Positions 5,255-15,720 of a stretch of 64,000 bases of DNA are shown here, one piece after another (position 1 is the first letter of the stretch; every line of letters starts with the position of its first letter). Location of the stretch: IMG/VR virus record IMGVR_UViG_3300025316_001101; one strand, written 5' to 3'. A program made the translations under genes and the position numbers. The notes beneath the pieces are model-generated. The model did no database searches and had not been told where the DNA came from. It was given only the letters and a program-made list of their open reading frames with translations. Origin of the DNA: a virus (Duplodnaviria; Caudoviricetes).

Positions 5255-8127
5255 TTATCAAGTTGTTTCCAAGCAGTGCCATTATAGCCATAAAAGTGTT
5301 TATCGCCAGTATTGAAATATAAATCGCCAGCAACTCCTGATGGGTCTCCGCTATAACTACCTATTGTTAATAGATTATTGATTTTCATGTCTCCGCTTAC
5401 CAAAAGCTTTCCGGTATTATAATCTTGCGACATAATCTGCAATGTAGAAGCTGGATCTATATAAATTTTACTCAAATCGGATGTAAGCGACATTGACCCC
5501 ACCGCTCCAGCCGTTAAAATGTTTACATCTTTATTGCCACATCGTAGCATAGTTGCTGTTGCATTAATCATGGGAGTAGACAATGGACTAGCATCAGTCT
5601 GTATTCCAAATTCATAAGTAGTAACCATATTCCCCATGAAAAATACTGTTGGACTACCATTTAACTGCCAACATGTCTGACTTGGAGCACCCATTCTTGC
5701 TAACACATTATTTGTAAATATGCCCACCACTCCATTACCAGATAGTATCGAAAATCCGCCTAAGCTTACGCTCATTAACTTAGCATTATTCACAGTAGTG
5801 GTTACAAAATGAATCCCATCCGTTGATAAATTCAAAAATAATGGTATGTTTGCTGTAACATCACAAGAGGCATCATTGACAGTTAACGTGTTTGAAGCTC
5901 CAGACACATCATAAGCATCAATTGCTACGCCACCTACGCAAGAGCCCCAATCGATTCCAATTAGTCTTAACAAACCACCTGTGTATCGCACCAATCCCTT
6001 AGCTGCTCCTAAAATAGAAGCGCCTATTAACGCACAATTCTGTATTGCCGTTATGGCTGATGTAGTAAACAAATATTCATTTAACACATTGCTTGTATTT
6101 AATTGAATTCTAACTGACGTTTTATATGAAGCCCCAACAATATACACGTAATCCTTTAATATCATAGAATCTTCTACAAATACACCTGGACCAATGGATA
6201 TTGTATATCTGTGTGTTGGTCCAGCGTCATTAATGCTATCTAAAGCACTTTTAACCGAACTATAATCTCCGCCTACCTTTGCCACTATTATGATGTGATC
6301 ATCTTTTCCAGTAATGATAAAATAATCCGACTCAACGAGATGTTTACCAGCCTCCGAATATCCTGTAAATGTTCCGACTGCTGTGCTGTTTTCTATATGA
6401 AAATCCATTGTGTTATCATCGAAATCTACAGCCTCCATTCTAGCATATGGACTTACACCCGTGGTATCCACATAAACACCCTTACTCCAATTATTGATTT
6501 TCATGCTACTGCCAGCAAAATAACCACCTTCTCGAACCCATACTCCATATGATTGTGGAGCACCCGATGAATTGCCACTTATTGTAGCTCCTTGCATTGT
6601 CAAGACAGCTTTGGGACCATCCACCACTAGTCCAGATTCCGGCACCACAGACTGATACTGTATAAAAGTGTTTTCTGCATCTATTACTGACTCGTAATCA
6701 ACACCCTCCACTCGTATAGCATGCTCTTCACAGTCTACAAAATCTACATATTCTAAATACAAATATGAATCTACACTCGGAGAATTCATCTCAATTCCAA
6801 TGGCACAAGTGTCGAAACTACATTTGTGTATGGTAATCCAATCGCCTATATCCTCCAAATATACACCAGATTGATTTGCACCAGCATTTGCAATAGTTAT
6901 AAACATCAAACCACTACGATTACTAAGCTGAAACACATGATGAGTATCCGCATCCGGTTGAATCACAGTCATATCTTGTTGCCAACCCACAATATAAACA
7001 AACGAAGGCACCTGTAACAAAGGCTCAACAAAAGTTCCTGGACCTACATTGATTAAATATTTGTTGTCTTCGGCTGCATCTCCTAATGTGACAATATATG
7101 CAATGGCATCTGCTAGCGTCTTAAAATCGCCACCTTTTTTAGCCACCACTACAATGTTGGTATCTCTGTTAGCAACGAAAAAATCACAAGGTTTACACAC
7201 AGAATATTTCAACCGATCAGCACTTCCCACAAATTGACCGGTGGCTGTTAAATTATCTACCAAAAAATCCATTGTGTTGTCATCGAAATCTACAGATTGA
7301 AGCTTTAAGTATGGAGTGGTGCCAACATTGTCAACATACGCACCTATAGCCCAATCTTCTATTCTGGCAGACGATACATTAATATAACCACCATTTGTCA
7401 CCCTAATGGCATTACCCACCATGTCTTCTGAACCATATAGTCCCAATCCTTGAAAATTGGCTTCTGTTTTATTGCCACTTATTAAAATCACATCTACTGG
7501 GGGATCTCCGTCCGTATAGTCCACATACACATTTTCAGCGTTAAAAAAACATTCGTCCAATCCCAAATTTGTACATTTAATAGCGTGTTGTGTGCAGTTG
7601 GAAAAATCCACATACTCCAAATACATTGATGATGTAAAGCTTTGCGTTTCATGCAAAACTCCAATATAACAATCTTGAATAGTGACCTTGTGCATAACAG
7701 TGAAATAGCCACAGTCATGAGAATAAATAGCAGCATATCCTGATCCCGCTCCCTGTAGTGTCAAATCTACCATTCCTGCCCTATTAGACAGTTTTACAAT
7801 ATGATGATTCACATCATCCGGCTCGATTATTACAGCATCAATATGCGTACCTTTTAAGTATACAAATGGCGGCAAAACCAATTCTGGTTCTGTATATGTT
7901 CCAGGACTAATCCTTATTACGTATCGCCTAGCAGAGGAGCTATCTGTAATGTGGGCTATGGCCGCTGCAATTGTGATAAATTCTCCTCCATCTTTCTGCA
8001 CATAAAGAACATTCGGCCCCTCTCCCGTTTCGGAAATGGATAAATCTTCCCGCAGTGCCTCAAGGATTCTTGGATACCATTGTTGCGGATTAAAACAACC
8101 AAGTTCTGCTTCGGTCGGTGTTGACAT
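5251..8127 (-). CDS. Beta-helix (pectin-lyase-like) tailspike or depolymerase-like protein with three repeated modules
   Basis: Three copies of V(Q/A)K.GG.F.TI..A(I/L)...Y.I.I.PG.(Y/F).E; start refined to MSTPTE by RBS. Confidence 0.65.
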   Translation of the reverse strand: MSTPTEAELGCFNPQQWYPRILEALREDLSISETGEGPNVLYVQKDGGEFITIAAAIAHITDSSSARRYVIRISPGTYTEPELVLPPFVYLKGTHIDAVIIEPDDVNHHIVKLSNRAGMVDLTLQGAGSGYAAIYSHDCGYFTVMHKVTIQDCYIGVLHETQSFTSSMYLEYVDFSNCTQHAIKCTNLGLDECFFNAENVYVDYTDGDPPVDVILISGNKTEANFQGLGLYGSEDMVGNAIRVTNGGYINVSSARIEDWAIGAYVDNVGTTPYLKLQSVDFDDNTMDFLVDNLTATGQFVGSADRLKYSVCKPCDFFVANRDTNIVVVAKKGGDFKTLADAIAYIVTLGDAAEDNKYLINVGPGTFVEPLLQVPSFVYIVGWQQDMTVIQPDADTHHVFQLSNRSGLMFITIANAGANQSGVYLEDIGDWITIHKCSFDTCAIGIEMNSPSVDSYLYLEYVDFVDCEEHAIRVEGVDYESVIDAENTFIQYQSVVPESGLVVDGPKAVLTMQGATISGNSSGAPQSYGVWVREGGYFAGSSMKINNWSKGVYVDTTGVSPYARMEAVDFDDNTMDFHIENSTAVGTFTGYSEAGKHLVESDYFIITGKDDHIIIVAKVGGDYSSVKSALDSINDAGPTHRYTISIGPGVFVEDSMILKDYVYIVGASYKTSVRIQLNTSNVLNEYLFTTSAITAIQNCALIGASILGAAKGLVRYTGGLLRLIGIDWGSCVGGVAIDAYDVSGASNTLTVNDASCDVTANIPLFLNLSTDGIHFVTTTVNNAKLMSVSLGGFSILSGNGVVGIFTNNVLARMGAPSQTCWQLNGSPTVFFMGNMVTTYEFGIQTDASPLSTPMINATATMLRCGNKDVNILTAGAVGSMSLTSDLSKIYIDPASTLQIMSQDYNTGKLLVSGDMKINNLLTIGSYSGDPSGVAGDLYFNTGDKHFYGYNGTAWKQLDN

Positions 8128-8218
8128 ACGATTCCCCTTTGCTGTATTTAGATTAACCAAATTGCATTTTCTGAACGATATATAACCTTGAATCATATTC
8201 TAAGGTCGAGGATGCACA

Positions 8219-10390
8219 ATGAAAGTAGCTGTAGAAAACTTATTGCAAGGAACCACGGCAGCATATCCTGGCTCCTACAGCCAAACTGCCGTCAATTTAG
8301 GCTCTCTTATTCAACAAAAAACTGGCGCAACTGCCCTGGATAAATTTATCGGCCCTGTACCTATTGCTCTTGCTAGGCCGATGGAAGAAAGCACTGCGAT
8401 TCCAGTGTTTTATCCTCACATCATTGCTTGGAGCAGCAATATTTATTGGATATTTTTAGCAGAGGCCACAACTACTGGAGCCGCCACCAGACGTGTTATA
8501 GCTTACACTTATACCAAATCTACCTCTACGTTTGCTTATAAAGGATATGTGACTCTTACCTACCCCACAGGAAGCACTCACACTATTCAAGGACATAGAG
8601 TAGCATATCGTACCTTTAGTACAGGCACCATCTCCTCTGTTACCAATGCTGCTCAATCTGTTGTGACTGGATCAGGCACGGCATGGGTTACCAATAAAAT
8701 TTGCGGTGGTGCCAGAATAGGCTTTGGCAGCACAGATCCTACACAAATATCAACATGGTATTACATTGGTTCTGCCGTGGGTACTTCTGGAGTTAGTGGA
8801 GAAACTACCATTACTCTCACTGGCACCGCCCCTTCTTTTTCTGGAAGCTATGTAATAGAAGAATTAACTATTATTCACGCTAATAGAAATGGTACAGCTA
8901 CTTCTGCTGGGTTATTTGTCATAAAAGGAATAAATTGGGATGATTTCCAACCAGCGGGCCTTACCATTTTATCGGCCACTACCGTTGATTTAGTTAAAGC
9001 CTGTTATTGGTTGAAAGATGCCGCTTCACCAGCCATGACAGCATCATGTGGCATTGGATTAACCACACCTACAGATGCTAACACACATTGGATTTATGTA
9101 ATCAATGCTGACGGTGCCGCATCAATGCGTGTGTATAAATACAATATTAGACAAGCATTGACATTAACCTCTGGTGCTATGTTGCTTCCTGTAACCGCTG
9201 GTTATCAATACACTTCTTGGTTCAAAACTGGAGCACAAGCAACCACTGGTAACATTAGTACAACCAACTGCTGTCGATTAATGACTTTGAATCATGGTCC
9301 AGGGGCGGGAGTTTCCTGTATTTATGGGGCTACTGCCTCTAGAGTATTTCGTATACCAGAGTCCGCAGTAATTGATTCCGGCACACAATTTATAGCAGAT
9401 AATATGGTAGAACTACCTCCTGGCTCTGTCAACACATTTGCCGCAACTGGTGGTTTAACATCAGTAGAGGATTCCTCTGTGTTGGATAGACTCTATATTA
9501 CGGCTGGTAGCGGGCAACGGCACTATTGTACACGATATAATCCTACCGCAGCTACATGGGATATTGTCTGGTCTAGTGATAACAAACAAATCGATCAAAG
9601 CACAGCCAGTACAGAACTTCAACCCTATCCTTCCACTGTTGCTGGTGGTTTTTCTATTTGGGCACAAGCTGGCTTATTGTTTGCAGTAAGAAATGGTCAA
9701 AATGCTCAAACCAACATTATGTACGCCTTCCCTGCGGGTGCCCATTGGGACTTTGCTTCAACTACCGGACAGAGACTTATATGCCCTGTGATGAGCACGG
9801 TAGGAGCCACTAGATTTTATCGTCTTTATATAAATGCCGAAGAAATACTAGGAGGAGACAATTTAGGAATTGCACCCGAGCCCTATAGAGCTTATATTCG
9901 CACAAGCGGAATTTCTGACGATAGCGGTACTTGGCAGTTAATCAATGATACTGGTGACCTTACTAGCATTATACCCGGATCACAGATTCAAGTAATGATC
10001 GAATTCAAAACTCTTGGCATGACCTGCGTTCCCGCTCGTATTTTTGGAGTTTGCATTACCTACGAAGATAACTCAACGGATAGTCATTATCAACCATCTG
10101 TCAAATGGTCAGATAGACTCAACAAGAAATTTGCATGGAGATTTGCAACAGCCTGGGGTGGAACCGTACCAACTCTTACTGTAAAACTATACGATGCCGT
10201 CACTGGAAATTTATTATTAACAGATACCACTGCCGCACAAGCCGCTGGTACTTTTGATAAAACTACCGATGATAGCAATTGGGTAACACCATATAACACA
10301 ACAGACAAAGGCAACGAAACAACGTACATTCGTTACACGCCTTCGTCGTTAGCCGACAATGTTAAGGTAAGAGCAATTATCACACAATAA
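8219..10390 (+). CDS. Large virion structural protein (paralog of 10393-12606)
   Basis: Thr/Gly/Ala-rich; shared motifs RPMEEST, GGARIGFGS, HGPG.G, NETTYIRYTP. Confidence 0.7.
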   Translation: MKVAVENLLQGTTAAYPGSYSQTAVNLGSLIQQKTGATALDKFIGPVPIALARPMEESTAIPVFYPHIIAWSSNIYWIFLAEATTTGAATRRVIAYTYTKSTSTFAYKGYVTLTYPTGSTHTIQGHRVAYRTFSTGTISSVTNAAQSVVTGSGTAWVTNKICGGARIGFGSTDPTQISTWYYIGSAVGTSGVSGETTITLTGTAPSFSGSYVIEELTIIHANRNGTATSAGLFVIKGINWDDFQPAGLTILSATTVDLVKACYWLKDAASPAMTASCGIGLTTPTDANTHWIYVINADGAASMRVYKYNIRQALTLTSGAMLLPVTAGYQYTSWFKTGAQATTGNISTTNCCRLMTLNHGPGAGVSCIYGATASRVFRIPESAVIDSGTQFIADNMVELPPGSVNTFAATGGLTSVEDSSVLDRLYITAGSGQRHYCTRYNPTAATWDIVWSSDNKQIDQSTASTELQPYPSTVAGGFSIWAQAGLLFAVRNGQNAQTNIMYAFPAGAHWDFASTTGQRLICPVMSTVGATRFYRLYINAEEILGGDNLGIAPEPYRAYIRTSGISDDSGTWQLINDTGDLTSIIPGSQIQVMIEFKTLGMTCVPARIFGVCITYEDNSTDSHYQPSVKWSDRLNKKFAWRFATAWGGTVPTLTVKLYDAVTGNLLLTDTTAAQAAGTFDKTTDDSNWVTPYNTTDKGNETTYIRYTPSSLADNVKVRAIITQ

Positions 10391-10392
10391 TT

Positions 10393-12606
10393 ATGGCATT
10401 ACAAGCAATAGAAACATTGATGTCAGGGGCAACCTCTGTTTATCCACTATATGATCAAACAAAGATTAATATAGGACAATGGATAAAAAGCACATACGCA
10501 TCTACCGCATTAGGACCACAACAAATATGCGTTGGTCGTCCTATGGAAGAATCGACAGCTAATCAATGTTTCGTGCCTTGGATTGTACAATGGACAAGTG
10601 ATGTTTATTACGTATTTTTGGCAGACGCTACAGGTGGTGCAGCTACCAGAAAAATATATTGTTATAAATATGTCATCTCTAACAACACCCTTAGCTTTCA
10701 AGGATTTGTCACTCTTACATTTCCAACGGGTGGAACCCATACCATTCGTGGTTTCGCAGTAGAATATAGAACCTATAATACAGGTACTATTTCATCAGTA
10801 TCAAACGCTTCTCCCTCTATAGTTGCAGGTTCTAGCACCGCTTGGACCACTGCGGGCCTTGCAGGTGGTGCTAGAATTGGATTTGGTTCAGCATTAGACC
10901 CTTCTGCTATACCCAAATGGTATTACATTGCACAAACCATTACCACCTCGGGAATTGCTTCTGACACAAGTATTACTTTATCTGGGAATGCCCCTTCTTT
11001 TTCTGGGGTTTACATGATAGAGGAATTGCGAATTATCGTAGCCACTACTAATGGTACAGTTGCTCAAAGTGGACTATTTGTAGCAAAAGGCTTAACATTT
11101 GATGATTTCGCTTTAGCAGGCACCACTATTGCCGCTGGCACCACATTTGATAATACTAAAGCTGTTTATTGGCTACAAGACAACGCCACAATGACTAATA
11201 CAGCCGCATGTGGAATAGGATATCAAACAGCAGCAAGTGCGACATCTCAAACAATTTATGTTGCAAACGCTGATACCACTACCTCCTTAAAAATATTTCA
11301 ATACAATGTACGAATCGCACTTGGAGTAATGACTACCGGCACTTCTGCTTTAGCTTTTGTCCAAAAAACTGGCGCACAAGCCGTTACAGGAACCCTAGCA
11401 CAAATTCAATCTTGGACTCTAGCCAATCTAAGTCATGGTCCTGGAAACGGCGTCTTATCCATGTATGGACTAACAGCTTCTAGAGTGTTGCGTTGCCCAA
11501 CTACCGGCAGTGGATCAGCCTATATTACTAGCGGAAGCACAACATTTATTGTAGACACTAGCACAGAATGGGCACCGGGAAAAATACTACAAGGCGATAC
11601 ATTTGCAACCACTGGGGGTATGTCTTCCATTGCTTATGCCGACACCATTGATCGATTGGCTATTTTCAATGGATCTGGTCAACGATCTTATGTCACACAG
11701 TACAGTCCCACTGGCGGCAATCCACCGTCCACTGGTTTCGATCATGTCATGTTTCTAGATTCTAAACAATTAGACAAAACAACAAGTTTTGCTATGAATT
11801 ACCATCCAAGCAATACTGGATTTGCTTATACTGGCAATATAAAAAACGGCATGGCCTTTGTGTGCCGTAGCGGAACCGCTGTAGATTCTAATATCTTATA
11901 TGGATGGCCACTAGGAGCCCATTGGACATATGCTTATGGAGTTGTCGCCTTAGGTCAAAACAGACTTGTGACCCCAGTAATGAACACTACGGGAGCTAAA
12001 AAATTCTATCGTGTCTATGTAAATTTTGACAGAGATAATTGGATACAGACTGGAGATTTTGGAGCATTTCCTGAACCCTATAGAATATTCTATAGAACAT
12101 CGGGAATATCAGACAATACAGGAACTTGGCTTCCCGCTGGTCCAACTCGCATTCGTGCTGGAAATCTCACTTCTGTGACTGCGGCATCGACCATTCAATT
12201 TATGATTGAATTTAGAACTATTGGTATGACTTGCATTCCAAATAGCATTTTTAATGTATGTGTATTATATGAAGATGGAAACACAGATAGTCATTTCGAG
12301 CCATCTGTTTATCGATCCTCTATAAGCGAACGCAGATTTGCTTGGAGATTTGAAAATCCATTTGAAACCGCAGTTCCCACACTTAATATATCTATAGTCA
12401 ATGCAGATAGCGGCAGCGTGCTATTAACTGATAGTACCGTCGCTAGTGCTAATGGAACATGGGGAAAATCCACAGATGACGGAGCAAACTTTATCGCTTA
12501 TGGTACATTAAGTGACAAAGCCAATGAAACAACCTATATACGATATACTCCAACCTCACCTACATTTGGTGATAACACAAGAGTAAAAGCAATATTGACA
12601 CAATAA
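10393..12606 (+). CDS. Large virion structural protein (paralog of 8219-10390)
   Basis: Collinear similarity to preceding ORF over full length. Confidence 0.7.
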   Translation: MALQAIETLMSGATSVYPLYDQTKINIGQWIKSTYASTALGPQQICVGRPMEESTANQCFVPWIVQWTSDVYYVFLADATGGAATRKIYCYKYVISNNTLSFQGFVTLTFPTGGTHTIRGFAVEYRTYNTGTISSVSNASPSIVAGSSTAWTTAGLAGGARIGFGSALDPSAIPKWYYIAQTITTSGIASDTSITLSGNAPSFSGVYMIEELRIIVATTNGTVAQSGLFVAKGLTFDDFALAGTTIAAGTTFDNTKAVYWLQDNATMTNTAACGIGYQTAASATSQTIYVANADTTTSLKIFQYNVRIALGVMTTGTSALAFVQKTGAQAVTGTLAQIQSWTLANLSHGPGNGVLSMYGLTASRVLRCPTTGSGSAYITSGSTTFIVDTSTEWAPGKILQGDTFATTGGMSSIAYADTIDRLAIFNGSGQRSYVTQYSPTGGNPPSTGFDHVMFLDSKQLDKTTSFAMNYHPSNTGFAYTGNIKNGMAFVCRSGTAVDSNILYGWPLGAHWTYAYGVVALGQNRLVTPVMNTTGAKKFYRVYVNFDRDNWIQTGDFGAFPEPYRIFYRTSGISDNTGTWLPAGPTRIRAGNLTSVTAASTIQFMIEFRTIGMTCIPNSIFNVCVLYEDGNTDSHFEPSVYRSSISERRFAWRFENPFETAVPTLNISIVNADSGSVLLTDSTVASANGTWGKSTDDGANFIAYGTLSDKANETTYIRYTPTSPTFGDNTRVKAILTQ

Positions 12607-12607
12607 A

Positions 12608-12790
12608 ATGGCCATTACAGATATTTGTTTTTGCGAAAATGATAATCAAAAATTTATTCTAGAAATCCCTCAAGGAAGTCTAGGAACGCCAACAGATATT
12701 GTATCAGAAGCCGGTAGTGACACTGGTCCATTAGTAGAAGAGTTAGTGCAAGTCATCACCATTATCAATCAAAGAAAATTAGTGAGGTAA
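12608..12790 (+). CDS. Small hypothetical protein
   Basis: ORF track, coupled in operon. Confidence 0.55.
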   Translation: MAITDICFCENDNQKFILEIPQGSLGTPTDIVSEAGSDTGPLVEELVQVITIINQRKLVR

Positions 12791-12792
12791 TC

Positions 12793-13263
12793 ATGCGTGG
12801 AGTTTATACAGCACAGATAACTATAACCGGTGCTCAAGCAGCCAAAACCTTGGTCTATATTCAATCTCCAAGCACGTGCGTTGTAGAAATATTAAGTGCT
12901 AGCTTGGGCAATGCCAATCTAGGCACGGCCGAACAATGGAACATAGGATTATTTCGTGTAACAACCATTGGATCACCCACTGGAACCACAATTACACCAG
13001 AAAAGCATGAAGTCGGAGATGCAGTATCAGCAGCAGGAGCCGCTACAGGCGTTCTAGGCAATTTAACCGCTGAACCCACAACCTACTCATCTGTTGCCAT
13101 TGATAGACAGGGAGCATCAGATCTCGCTGGATACCGATATGATCCCATTCCCGAAGAAAGACCCATTGTTCCTCCTGGCGGTGCCATTGGACTAAGATTA
13201 TTGACTGCCACTAACGGTCAATTTACGGCTAATGCTCAAATTATCTTTAGAGAAATAGGATAA
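12793..13263 (+). CDS. Putative structural protein
   Basis: Beta-sandwich-like composition within structural cluster. Confidence 0.55.
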   Translation: MRGVYTAQITITGAQAAKTLVYIQSPSTCVVEILSASLGNANLGTAEQWNIGLFRVTTIGSPTGTTITPEKHEVGDAVSAAGAATGVLGNLTAEPTTYSSVAIDRQGASDLAGYRYDPIPEERPIVPPGGAIGLRLLTATNGQFTANAQIIFREIG

Positions 13264-13285
13264 CGTCCTTATCCTCCTAAATACA

Positions 13286-15379
13286 GTGGGAGGAAACGGA
13301 ATCGTGTCAATCAACTATTATCGCATAGGAACAGTCTATCCAAGAACTGGATTACGAGTACCGTATCCTCGCCATAAGCGACCGGCAATTGCTGCATATT
13401 TGCCCGGACCCACGAATGCTGGTGTATCTCCCAGTGCAATTAATAGTTCTATTGCCACAGCCAATCCCACCATTGACACCGTTAGAAATGTAGATGTTAC
13501 AGTTGATACAACCGCATCTATTGCTGAAACCTATGTGGCAACCATATCTGCTATTAGAAACGTATCTATAACCGTTAACACCACCACTGCCGCATCTGCC
13601 ACTAGCGACCCACAGATATCCACTATTAGAAACGCATCAATTGCATCTGATACCACCAACATCACCACTGTTAGTTATGCTCCAACTATATTGGCAGTAA
13701 GAAATGTAGACATAAATACAAATAGTGTTTCTGCCGCTTCCACCGATCACTCCGTCACCGTTACCGCTATTAGAAACGTAACACGCCAAGCATTAACAAG
13801 TCAACTTGATGCCTTAGCAAATGATGTTGCTGTCACTACCACAAGAAGCATAAATGTAACAACTAATTCCGTCACTTCTGAGACTGCCGTTGGCACTGTA
13901 ATCATATCAGCCATTCAGAACGTCTCGCAAACCGTCTCTGCAACCACGGCTGCCACTAATACATGGTCACCCGGCATATCAATTACTAGAAACGTATCTA
14001 TCTCTTCAGATACCGCAAATGCAATAACGGCAACTACATCTCCAACAATTGCTACAGGATATGGCACTATTGCAACTGCTGATTCTGTTAATGCCGCCGC
14101 ATTAGCCACAACACCAACAATCTATACTACAAGAAGCGTAGATCAAACCCCAATCGCAGTTGACGCCACAACAGTCGCAAATAATCCATCCATAATTACC
14201 ACAAGCAGCACCAGTGCGACAGCTAACAACGTTAATGTCTCGGCTACTATTACCGTTCCTACAATTACCGCTACCAGAAATCCTGTTGTTACGCCAACAG
14301 GGCCATCCGCCACCGCTTCTACATTTGATGCCACCATATCTGTTACCGTAAGCGTTACTGCCTATGCAACGGCTTCATCTGCTACGACATCGACTCATAC
14401 GCCAACAACAATCGCCCAAAAAAATATTACCGCTACACCCGCCACCGTTTCCACAACGACCAATACGCATGCTCCAACCATTAACATCTCCCTAACTGTT
14501 TCTCCAACAGCTTCATCTGCTACGACAGATCCTTGGGCAGCCACTATAACCACTACAAAAAATGTAAACACTGATCCCAACACTATTAATTTAACATCAC
14601 ACCCTGGCACGCCTCTCATTACTGTCACTACCAATGCATTTGTATTTGCACTGTGGACTGAATCCTATGCAGAACCACAACTGCCAATGATTTCTTCTAG
14701 CCAAACAGCTTTCCCCGCACATGTTGAATCATATGGTGAAACATATACTCCAACTATATTGGCACAAAGAAATGTTAGTGTAACGACAAATTACACAACC
14801 TGTGATGCAGCCGCTTACTCCCCGACGATAACGGCCATACGAAATGTAAATGTTATACCAACAAGCGTATCCACTATTACAGATACAACAGTGCCCTATG
14901 TGTACGTAGAAGCCATTCCTCCTAGCGTATCGAGCACAACAACAGCCCACAACCCTCAAGTAACAGCAATTAGAAATGTTGACATAATTCTCGAATACGT
15001 CACGGCAGAATCAACTGCGTATCGTGCTGACTTCTCTACATCAAACATATATTATGACAAAGGAAGAAATGTTGCCTGTAAAACATATCTGCCAATAATA
15101 AAAGCTTCATTTACAAATCCAGATGGATATTATGTCACACGTACTACCACCACCGCACACGAAGAACAGCCTTATGCAATTCCAACATTGGTACTACAGT
15201 TATTAGAAGCAGAGTCCGAACACATAGAAGACCCAACCCCCAAAATTATTGCAATAGAAGAACAAAATCCCGATGATGATTCTACGACATCATCTACACA
15301 GACAATCAATCGCAATATCAATAAGCTCAAAAAGTCAACTGTATTCCCCGATCCTGAACCCTATATAATTCAGAGGTAA
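13286..15379 (+). CDS. Thr/Ser/Val-rich repetitive fibre-like protein
   Basis: ~23-aa period repeat with PTI.A.RNV core. Confidence 0.65.
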   Translation: MGGNGIVSINYYRIGTVYPRTGLRVPYPRHKRPAIAAYLPGPTNAGVSPSAINSSIATANPTIDTVRNVDVTVDTTASIAETYVATISAIRNVSITVNTTTAASATSDPQISTIRNASIASDTTNITTVSYAPTILAVRNVDINTNSVSAASTDHSVTVTAIRNVTRQALTSQLDALANDVAVTTTRSINVTTNSVTSETAVGTVIISAIQNVSQTVSATTAATNTWSPGISITRNVSISSDTANAITATTSPTIATGYGTIATADSVNAAALATTPTIYTTRSVDQTPIAVDATTVANNPSIITTSSTSATANNVNVSATITVPTITATRNPVVTPTGPSATASTFDATISVTVSVTAYATASSATTSTHTPTTIAQKNITATPATVSTTTNTHAPTINISLTVSPTASSATTDPWAATITTTKNVNTDPNTINLTSHPGTPLITVTTNAFVFALWTESYAEPQLPMISSSQTAFPAHVESYGETYTPTILAQRNVSVTTNYTTCDAAAYSPTITAIRNVNVIPTSVSTITDTTVPYVYVEAIPPSVSSTTTAHNPQVTAIRNVDIILEYVTAESTAYRADFSTSNIYYDKGRNVACKTYLPIIKASFTNPDGYYVTRTTTTAHEEQPYAIPTLVLQLLEAESEHIEDPTPKIIAIEEQNPDDDSTTSSTQTINRNINKLKKSTVFPDPEPYIIQR

Positions 15380-15381
15380 AC

Positions 15382-15720
15382 ATGAGCGATTATACGGCAA
15401 TATCATATGGTGGTTGTGTGTGCGGCGGATGCGCAATCGTTACTTTCACTGATTCCATTACGCTATTATTTGGCGTTGGAGATACCTTATTTGTGAAAAG
15501 AACCGCCCAACTTAAAGGGCAATTAGAAAAGGTATGGATCAAACGAGTCGATGTGTATAAAGATGCAATTACCCACAATCAAACAATAGTGAGATTTATA
15601 GACAGCACCAATAGAATATGGCGGTGTGAAGAATTAATCCCCTATAGTACCGCAATTTCTACGGCCTCTATCGCTCTAGAAAGACAGTTAAGATCTAAAA
15701 GCATGTTGAAATGCTCATAA
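15382..15720 (+). CDS. Hypothetical protein
   Basis: ORF track. Confidence 0.6.
   Translation: MSDYTAISYGGCVCGGCAIVTFTDSITLLFGVGDTLFVKRTAQLKGQLEKVWIKRVDVYKDAITHNQTIVRFIDSTNRIWRCEELIPYSTAISTASIALERQLRSKSMLKCS

Noticed and set aside
5251-15379. Diversity-generating retroelement target
   Set aside because: No reverse transcriptase and no template/variable repeat pair differing only at adenines seen in the window
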